64,000 bases of DNA from Amphiscolops sp. MND2022 (Eukaryota): the NCBI GenBank assembly GCA_964187785.1, contig OZ076409.1, positions 56,670,001-56,734,000 of the forward strand, written 5' to 3'. Under the pieces are notes generated by a model that saw only the letters and a list, made by a program, of their open reading frames with translations, searched no databases and was not told the DNA's origin. The translations under genes were made by a program, and so were the position numbers. Below are positions 1 to 10,803 of this stretch, one piece after another (within the stretch, counting starts at the first letter, position 1; each line of letters opens with the position of its first letter).

Positions 1-681
1 CTATATCTCTGTCAGTTTTATTCCAAACGAGGGGGGAAACATCTCGCTCGAACGAAAAGTAGCAAATTTCAACCGGATCAGTATAAGACTGAGCAGCGAC
101 AGAATGAACATCTTCATGGACGGAAGGCTGACGTGGGGTGACTGCGACAGAAATCCAGGACTTGGGACTATGAATTCTTCTCATTCGACAGCAACAGTAA
201 AAGAAATAGAACTGAGAGAAAAGACATCGGGAGCTACTTCAGTTACAATTTGGCCGAGGTTGGTAGCCAAGATGGTGGAAACGGAAGGCGACGTTGTTGT
301 GCCGGACGGACGAAACACGTCCGAAATCCCAAAAGGAACAACTGCCGAAGTGTCAGGTTGAGGTACTGAAAATCAAGATCTGGATTCAGACGCGTCAGGT
401 AATCGGGTAGGACTCAAAGGCTGATCACCAAAACAATAGTCCAACAACCCATGGAAGTCAGAAAGATTTTACCAACCTGAAGCAACGAGCGCAATTTCCA
501 CCTCCGAGAGTGCAACGTCATCGTCGGAGTAGTTGTAGTTTATCCCGTTTCCACTAACAAAGCTTGCCACATGAACAGCAGTAGAACGAACAATTTCGGC
601 GTCTCCCATTGAAAACAGCAGAAGTTTCTTCGAAACAACATAAAAGAAAAGAACAACTGAAAGAAAAATCAAGAAAAGCAC
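1..681 (-). pseudogene. Degraded reading frame of unknown, probably mobile-element origin, running off the window start
   Basis: The minus-strand frame MGDAEIVRS...SGW*NLSDFHGLLDYCFGDQPLSPTRLPDASESRS*FSVPQPDTS... continues through several stops. GC is higher than the flanks. No recognisable domain. Confidence 0.3.
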
Positions 682-1218
682 TTTGAAAACTGTGACGTCA
701 CATCGACGTAATTGCTTCGGAAAGGATTGACAACGTCATAACGACGTAGCTGAAGAAGAAACGGAGAAAGAAAATCAAAAAATTGTTTAATCACATTTCG
801 GCCAATAACAACGCAGACGGAAGCAAAACGCTTTCAAAAATTCAGGTGAACCGCAACGAAGGTAGAAAATCAACAAATAGGAATTCTGTGAAAGTACTGA
901 ACCCAAAAGACTACGAATATCAGTCGGAAATTGAGAAACCTCGCTGACGTAAGAAGAAGTGAAACGACAAAAACCCGCATGTCGTCTTCTTTCCTTCCCG
1001 AGTGGTCCTGTCACAGCCCGCTCCCGGCTGTTTTCGCTTTAAACGCGATTGTTTTGGTTGAATATACTGGTGTGAACTAATTGGAATGCTTTTTGTGACG
1101 TCATCGACACTGCTACGCTAGCAGTACGTTATTATTTGGAATGATTTTGTGACTCACTAATTAGACAATTGGAAAGATTTTCTAATGCGCAACGTAACGT
1201 CTCGGTAAACCGCTGGTC

Positions 1219-1384
1219 AGCTATAGCTAATTTTATTACGTACGGAGCGCTTACGGAGCAAATTGTAAAATTCTATAGCTATACTTAATCCTAATACGTA
1301 CGGAGCGCTTACGGAGCAAATTGTAAAACTGTAAAGCTATACCTAATTTTAATACGTACGGACCGCTTACGGAGCAGTTGTAAG
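1219..1384. repeat. Tandem repeat, about 3 x 58 bp
   Basis: The core TACGTACGGA(G/C)CGCTTACGGAGCA recurs at 1237, 1295 and 1353 (period 58). Confidence 0.9.
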
Positions 1385-2650
1385 ATTTTAATTATCAAAT
1401 TAGGTTCTTAAAAACAATTTAGTAGGAAATTTCCTCAGGAATTGATGAATTTCAAAGATTTTGTGAATAGAATGCAACGTAAGGGCAACCTCATATTATT
1501 GGATGTTTTCTTTTGAATGAAGCTTATACTAATATTTTCATTGAGTGTTCTGCATTTATACTATGAAATCGAAATTGTCAATCGAAGTAATAACGTGTTA
1601 ATGTCACCAATTGATGTTCTGATTGGCGTTTTCTCAAGTGTGGAATTTGTTGTTGACCGAATGGTCTCCGTTGTTTTAGTATTTATGTGATTGTATGTTT
1701 AGCTTAAAGATATTTACGTCGTTTTATGTTCGTGCTAATAATAATGGCAATAACTTGAAACTGTTATTTCGGTATCATTTTATTCCTTTTCATCAAGATT
1801 CAAATGTTTCCGCTCTCAAAATTATTTGCTCCGTTTTAGTTGCGTTGCCATTTTTGCTAGTCATACTTTTATCTTGAATATTTGTATTCCCAACTTGGAA
1901 ATTGACTAATTAATCACGCCGGCGTGCCTCCGTTTTTGAAAATATCAAGCAGGCTCTCATTTTGCCGCCATTTTAACGCTGAAACAGGAAGTGTATCGTT
2001 CGAACAGAAATGATTTCAACAAATATTACGGAAAGTTGACGCGACTAGGAATTTCGATACCTGATTTAGTGACGCGGGACTGAAATAATATGAATCAACT
2101 GGGTTTTTGCATGAACAAACCCGATTTTTATGATACCTAGGAATTTTTAGGTGAGGAACAAATGATGCTAGGAAAGTATAAATATGTTGGTTTTGTAAAT
2201 TAAATCAGAGAAAGTTGTTTGTAATCTTTGTTACACTGTTACGTTGCTAAACCGATTCTTCTTGAAAAATTCAAATCTCTTTGAAACATATTGTTTCTTC
2301 TCAAAAAGACAGCTCGAGGTCAGAAATGCCTAAAAACACATTCATTGCATCTACATCAATCCCTATAAACAATTAAAACGACTACCCAAAATAACACTCC
2401 GTTAGGTAGTCGTAACACCAGCCATTGTTTGTTTTTCTGTTTTAAAGCATTATTTTGCTATACTCACAAAAAAAGCTCCTAAAAAGATCTCAATACAGCT
2501 TCGGCGTCGATACGGCGTCTAGTAGCAAAGTTTTTTTGCTCCAAAATTAAAAAAGTGTCAGTTCAGAGGATTCGGCACAAGCCATTCATATCTATGCGCT
2601 TTTCATTCAAATCATTTTAGATCGAGCGCTTTTGTCTGTACACGATGACA

Positions 2651-2734
2651 GAAAGTTTTTCCGGCTTTCCGGAAATAATATCTTGATAACCATGGTTATC
2701 AAGATACTATTCCCGGAAAGCCGGAAAAACTTTC
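2651..2734. repeat. 84-bp spacer-less palindrome (2 mismatches)
   Basis: GAAAGTTTTTCCGGCTTTCC...AACCATGGTT...GGAAAGCCGGAAAAACTTTC, centre at 2692/2693. Confidence 0.95.
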
Positions 2735-4626
2735 GGTGGAAAATTTCGGCGAAAAACATTCGGCAGAGAATTCCAAAGAGAGAATATTATTGAAAAAGTT
2801 TCCAAGCATTTCAGATTGGATTGACCAAAAAAACATTTCAAATATGTCTTCACTCCCTAATTATGTGAGCATGTTTTTTTCCATCGCATGGTTTATATTT
2901 CTGCACTTCTGAAGGCTTGGCTAGTGTAACTGGAGATTGAAGTGCATATAGGTGAAGTATATTGTAAATATAGGAGGGGAGTTACTGTAATGCGTACAGT
3001 TATAGGGGGTGGGGCAATCCATTAAGTATTGTTTTTTTAGTTAATACGATTTTGTCCATCCACAAGGAGGCCATTCCCTGAAGAATGGTGACGCTCTGGC
3101 CCAACATTAATATTTGATATCTGTGGCAATAGTTTGGTTTCCATAATCATCACAAAATTCAAGCGAATCATTCTGAAAAACAATTCGAACCTATAAAATG
3201 CATGAGCTTTTCTTAGAATTTAAAAATTAATCGTCGTTCCTTCTCTGGTCCGCTGTGAGTAGGAACAGGCGTGTGACACAAAAATAGAAGCACTCCGAAG
3301 GACAGGAAACAGTGTGATTTAAGAGAAGAAATATTAACGAGAAGAAAACATTTAAGAATTAGATGGAAGAGTGAAAAAAAAACGAAAAAAGGTATTGCTG
3401 AAAAAATGAAAAAGAACTATAAATGAAAGAAAAATCAAGATGAAACGAGACAATTTAGATGCGTTTATTTATCCTGAACGGAAACAATCAATGACCCAAA
3501 CACATACATATGATTGATAGATTTGAGATGATTTTGATTGGAATTTGAAATCATGAATATTTTGATAAGAACCTTCGGCCAAAAATACGTGTTTTACGCT
3601 TATTAGGCACAGAAAGTTCCACTTAATACATACATTGAGAATGAAGCCTGTCTTCTCAAGAGCGCCCTCAAATTCGGAAAGCTTTGCTCTGCTAGGGGAG
3701 ACACTATTTGACAGCAAACACTTTTGCTCGAAAAGTTTTTGAATTATTAATCAAGATTCCAGTTTCAATTTGATTCTTGCTTTTCTGGAAAACGACCAGT
3801 AGTCAATCTATTGAAGAACCCGCCTTTTGTTCTTTTTCAACAAACCGCTGTTTCTGAAAATTGGATACATAGACATCTTCAGACCCTGAGTGACGAATAT
3901 TCTCTGTTCCATTCTATCCATTTTTTCGGGGCGGGGCTCAAATAATTGTGAATCCAGTATTCGGGGTACGGGCGGAGTTTGTTTGTCACTGATCAAACAA
4001 ACCCAAATCCAAATTTTATGATAGTAGGTGGTGGCAGGTAGTACATTTATCACATTACTTGTCAATTGGGAAGATTAAATCAGGTTTGTAAATAAACGTC
4101 TGATTAGATTCTAGTCGAGATAATGTTTGAAGAAAATGTTTGAAGAAAAATCAGCGAACTCAGTGGGCAAAAGAAGTCAGCGAAGTTTAGAAAATAATTT
4201 CGCTTTCGATAATTACTCTTTTTTGCATTGATAAAATAGGCATACAAAGATTGGAAAATGCGCACAATTGAAAGCAGCTTGACTTAAGGAAATAAACACA
4301 AACATAACTGATGAAATAAATTGGCTAATTTTATTCTTTTTTCTAAATTTGTTTTCGAAAACTCCTTCAATTCTTCCAAAAAGTGATATTCTCACCGAAG
4401 AAGCCAAAACTCTAAATCTGAAAATTGCTGTTACAGCATCATGAGTTTAGTTTGAATGATCATTGCTTCTCAAAATGGCAGATACAACCAACAACTGCTT
4501 TGTATCAGCTTTTTGTATGTTACGTTGCTTTCGGTAGTTTCTCTACAGCTTGTAGTTTCTGTTTAGCCGATACTTTCACTTGTAATTTCCGTCCATATTC
4601 AACATGAGAAACAAAAATTGTTTCAT

Positions 4627-5516
4627 TTTTAGTCGGCGTTTTTCGTCAGTTTTTTTTCGATATATCAGGAACTAGCCAAAATAGTTCTACCAAAAGTCCC
4701 TCAAATAAGGAATATTTTCTGAATGCAACTTGGCGTAGAGGCTACCCCGGATTTCTGAGAAAGTTTGAAACGAGGTCCGAGAAGCAGGGGTACGTGGGTT
4801 CGAGTATCGCACTAAACCAAAAGTTTTATATGTTTGCAAAAATTAGGGAGACCAAAGAGTCTCCTTTTCAGAAATTTCCAGCACTATGAGACTTTTGTTT
4901 CAAGTTGTCTAAAACCTAAACTCCCTCCTTCAATTCTCGGCAAAAACCAAGCGTTTTCCGAGCAAAGGTGGCCACTTTTAGTTTTTTCGCACTATGCGAC
5001 TTACCAAAGTAAATAATTTTAAAAAAACACTTGAAAAGTTTATTCACAAATTTTGTTTTTTTTTTTGAGGTTTTCATGTTTCCCTCTCCCTAGTCTTGAG
5101 GGTTACTTCTCTGTTACCTTTTGATCCTTTGGAACTGATGAGTTTTCCTAATGATTGTGATAAAGGCCTCTTTTAAGCTATTTTTTGGTTCTGTGCGTCT
5201 TTTTTTCCAAAAATTTATTTATCAAAGGGTAACCCCTTTCGTAAGTAATTTTACCGGCTTAACGCTCCTTTTTCGGCACTATGTTAGTTTTTCAAAAAAA
5301 AGTTCGACTCAAAACAACTTTTAAAATTTGATTTTTGTGTTTCGACTTGGGGGAAAAGTGGTTTTCTAGTCTAATGCGTAAATCTTGGGTTTTATTCTGC
5401 ACTGAGAAACCGAAGAATGGGTAAAAACCGAAGAAAAAATAGTGTCCTTTGAACATTTAAGAACTTGGTTTTTGAAACTTGAGAGGTGCGCCTCCTTGGG
5501 CAGTTCCCGGCTTGTT
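4627..5516 (+). mobile_element. Non-autonomous Helentron-associated element (HINE/DINE-1-like), degenerate copy
   Basis: Starts TTTTAGTCGGCG and ends GCGCC...CCCGGCTTGTT. The same termini and internal GGCACT(A)TGAGAC-type motifs occur in the copies at 5545-6837, 32175-32646 and 59887-61040. Confidence 0.6.
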
Positions 5517-5544
5517 CTACTCGAAAAAGGCAAAATCATAACTC

Positions 5545-6837
5545 AACAAGAGGAGAACGTCTGAAGTCGCCGCTATGCCAAAAGCTCAAAAAGCGCAAAT
5601 TTTGAAAATATGCTCAACAAAATTATGAAAAACTCACAAACAACTTCGAAACACCAAAAGGGGGCATTTCGTGCTCGGAAAACGCTTCAGAAGTTCGAAT
5701 ATAGCGTGCTCAGACAAACCGGAGAGCTTTGCCTAATTTTGAACTTCCGCCTCCTCCTTAGTGAAATGCAATATAGTCCGGAAATAACGTCAAAAATACG
5801 GATATAGCGCATCACTGCGGATAATAAGTCGAATAGTCTGATAGTTTTGAAAAATTTATTGGTGGATATTTATTAAGGAAACCTAATATCAGACGAAAAA
5901 TGCCAATTTTGAACAGTCTCATAGTGCTCAAAAATCTAAAAAAAGGGGTCCCTTCGGGAATTTTTAACATCCATTCTGTTAAAAAATATCAAAATCCAAA
6001 GGAGACCCTTTGGTGACATTGCAAATTTTTTGGAAAAAAAGTCTCACAAAGTCTCATACTGCCGCAAAAAAACGGAAAGGAGCCAATTGACAAAACAAGC
6101 CGGGTCGGCGCCTATCTAAGACTCAACAAATGATGTGAAATTTCTGAATAAAAAATTAGAAAAAAATTGGGGAAAATGAAAATGTTATATCCGAACTTTG
6201 AAATCGTTATATCCGAACTTTGAACACTATATGTCCAACTTTGAAAACGTTAAATTCGTACTTTAACTTTGAAAACGTTATATTTGAACTTTGAAACGTT
6301 ATATCCAAACTGAAATCCGGGTTGACCTCTCGGGTAAAGGTTGAACAACTGAACTAAAAAAGTGGACCATTCAGCGTGAACTGATAAAACTACCCACTGT
6401 AATAGTCGTGCTTTTTGCCTTAAGGGAAAAAGCGCCGGTCAAAAATGAGAATTTTGAACAGTCTCATAGTGCCGAAAAATGTAAAAGGGGGACTCTTTGA
6501 GATTTTAAACATCCGTTCGGTTGCAAAATATGAAAAAAACTAAAGAGGGACCCTTTGGAGACATTGAAAACTTTCGAAAAAAGTCTGACAGTTCCGAAAA
6601 AAATCGAAGGACCCTTTAGTCTCGTTCGGTTTTGTATGTGACGTTAAAAAATGAGAGGAGGGACCCTTTGCACTACAGTAGATTCGTTTTCGCTGGCCAG
6701 ACTTGGCCGGTACAGTATTTTAGTAGTTTTAGTAGTTTCTGTAAAAAGTGTCCACTACGCATACATTCTGATATCTGATGAAAAAAATTAGTCACTGTAA
6801 TGCTGGGCTCATTTTGTTAAATTGTGCCGACTAAAAA
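5545..6837 (-). mobile_element. HINE/DINE-1-like element with a second copy nested at about 6094-6445
   Basis: AACAAG...GTCG(G/C)CGC ends at 5545 and 6094, GCGCCGGTCAAAAA at 6445 and GCCGACTAAAAA at 6837. Internal GAACAGTCTCATAGTGCCGAAAA and GGGACCCTTT repeats, plus a degenerate 22-bp tandem array at about 6184-6310. Confidence 0.6.
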
Positions 6838-8294
6838 TGGCCAATCTATGTGCTGAGAAAAGTTGTCAGTTGTTCATTTGCTTTCAAATTTGAATTTGGT
6901 TCATGCATCAAGGTAAATATCAAGTGCTTAACGAATCCTTAGAAATTAAATTCATAGAGTTGAGCCAATTTTAGCAAAAATCTGCCTCGAAACTTTGGAT
7001 TAGAGAAACGTCCTCTAGATTACCGGTGGTGTATGTTTTATTGCCCGAAACAGTCTCTTTGATATAAAAGAATTGGCCTAGTTTCGTCCACACAATTCAA
7101 AAACTTAGGTTCGTAGCTATGCATTAGTACCGAATTTTTTTCTGTAAAAATTTCGTACTAAAAATTGAAACAAAGCTCAAAATCCATGAAACCTCGAAAA
7201 GAGCATTTGCGTTTTTTGACCATTTATGCAATTTTCGTACAAATTTTGAAGATTTCTGCGGGAATTATCTTTCACATATTTCAATGACAAAACAAATGGC
7301 TGCATAACATTTTACCGAGAAATCCGAAGTTTTGTACCATCAATTTCAAAAAACAATATCGTGGAAACTTATATGGAACGAGAAATCACGTAACCATTTT
7401 TCCCCGTTCGATGGAATTGAATTATCTGAATTGTATATTGATTGAATGATCAAGACCATGTCGCAAACTAGTAAACCAACGCTAAGTGTTTTTTCAATAA
7501 TTTTTAGCAAGCTAGCAAATTCATTGATTATAAAAGCATCTTTTGTTTTGGGGTTTATGAAAAGAATAAAAAAACTTAATGTTTGTAATCGTTGCCTGGT
7601 TATTTGAAATTTTTTTTCACAACGAATCAAAAACGTTATTTTTTTCTATTTCTTGGCAGTTCTTGATCTTGAAACCTCAGCAATCACGAAGCTTTAAAGC
7701 TCACTTAAAGCTAGAAGAGTTCTAATAGGATGTTCAAAGTTATGTCTTTCTCAATAATGGATCTACTTTCCACTTCAGAAGATCCATGGTCTCTTGTTTT
7801 CTCATGGAAAGCGGGAGGAGTCTGTGCTGGTTTTCATATCATTTTTGTGACTGTCAATCAAGACCAGCAGTGGGTTAAAACTTTCCCCCGAAAGTAATTT
7901 AAAAATTTATGCATCATCGATAGAGGCTGTAATGACGAATAAACGAAACCATAGAAGTTCGGGGAATTTTCAGACCTTCGAACCTTAGCAGTTTCTCAGA
8001 TACCTTCGTTGTCAGCATATAAATTTCATCTAAATTTGGGGAAAGAGCTGGCTTCTCAAGACAACGACACAGTATGCAGAGATGCGTAAGAAAGTCAAGA
8101 TCAAAAACGCATATATGAAGCTCTCAAACATCTAGTCACAGATTCGGTTTTTACCTTTTTGATTTTCAATTCCAGAAAAGCATAGTGTATAAAATCAAAA
8201 CATTGGTTGAAACAGCGATGAAAAACCTAAAGACTCAAAAAAAATTGCAATTTACATTTCAAAGTTTTCATCCCTTGTCTTGCTTAACTGGCCA

Positions 8295-8382
8295 TGAAGC
8301 GAGAAAAGTTTGAATTGTGCTTTGAATACAATTGGTCATGACCAATTGTATTCAAAGCACAATTCAAACTTTTCTCGCTTCA
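8295..8382. repeat. 88-bp perfect spacer-less palindrome
   Basis: TGAAGCGAGAAAAG...TGGTCATGACCA...CTTTTCTCGCTTCA, centre at 8338/8339. Confidence 0.95.
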
Positions 8383-8572
8383 ACGAGTTTGCACTGAATT
8401 ATCATTCGACGAGTTAATTTTCGACGAGTTTTCCGCATACCGATATTTTCATTTCCACCAATGCAAGTTTCATTGCAATGAAACTTGCATTGGTGGAAAT
8501 GAAAATATCGGTATGCGGAAAACTCGTCGAAAATTAACTCGTCGAATGATAATTCAGTGCAAACTCGTTGAA
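8379..8572. repeat. 194-bp perfect spacer-less palindrome
   Basis: TTCAACGAGTTTGCAC...TTCATTGCAATGAA...GTGCAAACTCGTTGAA, centre at 8475/8476. Overlaps the previous palindrome by TTCA. Confidence 0.95.
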
Positions 8573-8931
8573 TAATTACAGATTACAAACAGGGATTATC
8601 CAGTGCTAATTATGGATTAATTTTCCTTAGTTCATGCGTGAACTTTTCAGGTTTACGCATAATATAGCCTTTTTGTTCAATAATTGCTTGAAATATTTCA
8701 CTTTTATAGTTTACAGTATAATACTTCATATTAAGTTAGAACTTGATAACACAGTACGATGACTAAGTTAGCGCTATATTTGTCTCAGATTATTATCTGT
8801 TCTTGCGACGAGTTTTCCACCGGAGCATTTTCGACGAGTTGCTTTTCGACGAGTTTTCCTCGTATTTTCGACTAGTATTTTCGACCAGTTGTTTTCTGCG
8901 AGTTGTTTTCGACGAGTTATCCTAGATTCGA

Positions 8932-9049
8932 AAATATCCTGTCCATTGCCATGAGAATTTCCCAACTTCGTGCATTGCCATGAATGGACCGGTCCATTCA
9001 TGGCAATGCACGAAGTTGGGAAATTCTCATGGCAATGGACAGGATATTT
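8932..9049. repeat. 118-bp perfect spacer-less palindrome
   Basis: AAATATCCTGTCC...TGGACCGGTCCA...GGACAGGATATTT, centre at 8990/8991. Confidence 0.95.
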
Positions 9050-10533
9050 GACAGGACATGGCCATGTCTATTCTCAGATCCCATGCTGACTCACAGAAGC
9101 TTTCCGTTGGCATCGAAAATATTAGAAAGTTTTGCTTATTTCAAAAAAATCTCTTCAGCCTACATCTGATTTTACCATATTTGTGATATTTAAGCCAAAC
9201 AAGGTTTAATTTTCGATTTTATTTTTAATTTTGAATTTGGATGCCAAATTTTCTTGATCTCGAGATTCGATGTAGAAGTAGCAGCATAATCCTTTTTAAA
9301 GAACTATGAAAGATTATATAGTTTTTCCATACAGTCTCAGCTGCATTTTACTTTCAAAATTACCATTTCTGGTTTAGATTGTGGTTACATAGGGTCGCAG
9401 CATGACTAATGGGGCATCATTCCAAAAATGAATGACGCTTCAAGGTCAAAGCACATGTTTGTTTTCTACTTTAGGTACTTTAGGGCAGCATTCAGTACTC
9501 GCAGAAGATAAAATTTCTGCTTATTGATTATAAATCACTGGTATGGATAGTTTTGTATAAATGTCCATCTTTTACGAACCAATAGTGCCCCTTGAATATG
9601 TTTTTATTACTCATCATAAAATCTGCAGACAAGAATCCTAATTTCAACTACAAAAAAGTTGGACATTTAGAAAGACAACATCTGTGTCTTGTAAATAGGC
9701 ATTAGTGCTTAATATACCTACAATAATATCTGTTTACCCTGGTGCAAATAGGGGGCATCATTCTCTATTGATTGCTCATACGGTGTTCCGGGCATGGCAT
9801 GTATATTGTTCCGCAAAAAATAATTTTCACCTGAGCTCAATTTGATATTTATGACTTCTAATTTTGTGATTAGTAAGGAAAAACCAATTTCATTTATTTG
9901 CTGTGCAATACATACATTTCTAATACAGCGAGCAAACAATTTTGAAAAGTAGGATAGTATTGAGACGCCTTTTTGCATACACTAAGGAAAAATACGACAA
10001 GAAAATATTGTCTACATGCAAGGGAGGCGCCCAATATACTGCTTGTCAAATCTAGTTACATAATTGCAATCGATAAAATGTGAAACAATGACGTATTTCG
10101 GGAATACAAAATATGACAGTTCTATATTTTTATTCACAACAATTTGTATTTCATTCATTATTCAAACATGACTGAAGGCTTCAGCGAATTGATTGACTGC
10201 TTTGTTCCAAATATGGTTTTTGGAAATCCTGAAATTTCAAGGTCGCTTTATTCTCAATTAAATTTTAAAAGCCATCCATAAATTTTCATTGAAAAAGTTT
10301 TTTTGAAAAAATGAAAATGGTTATTTTTAAAAATTTTCTCAATTCCCATAAAGTAATACTGGTATCATAAACTGTGGTGGAGAAATGGTACGGTTGAGAG
10401 GAGTAAAAAAGTCAAAAACTTCCCAAACGGGCGCAATGGTATTTAAGTTTCAACCGTATGCTTACTCTCGAATTTCAGAAGAAAACACATGTGAGCTTTT
10501 ATCGTGTGTCCAAATTGAATGCGAGGCACAGCG

Positions 10534-10724
10534 TGTTGTATTCTATGAGAATATTTCAATTGAAAACGTTGTGTGAAATAACGATGTTTTTTGTAGCTCA
10601 ATAAGTATCATAATGAGGTCGAGCTTTAATTACAGAACTAAATGTATGTTAGTAAATAAGAACATAAAATAGCAACAGATTGTTTATCATGTTTGTCAAC
10701 AGGTCTCATTTCTGTTACTCTTCA
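10534..10724 (-). repeat. 3' LTR of gypsy element 1
   Basis: Direct repeat of 16279-16469, preceded on the minus strand by a polypurine tract. Confidence 0.96.
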
Positions 10725-10735
10725 TTTCCCCCTCT
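10725..10735 (-). promoter_or_regulatory. Polypurine tract of element 1
   Basis: AGAGGGGGAAA abuts the 3' LTR. Confidence 0.85.
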
Positions 10736-10803
10736 GCAATTGGATGAGAGATATCCAATTGGGTTCCGTTGCCGTCCAGATTGTTGCTGTGGTCGGTATA
10801 CCG

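Noticed and set aside
2870..4065. Possible host exons (ORFs 3469-3717 and 3808-4065, acceptor-like site near 3173)
   Set aside because: No recognisable domain or consistent splice structure, and stops in all frames.
7690..8130. Possible integrase/pol relic
   Set aside because: Only faint resemblance, with no motif I could assign.
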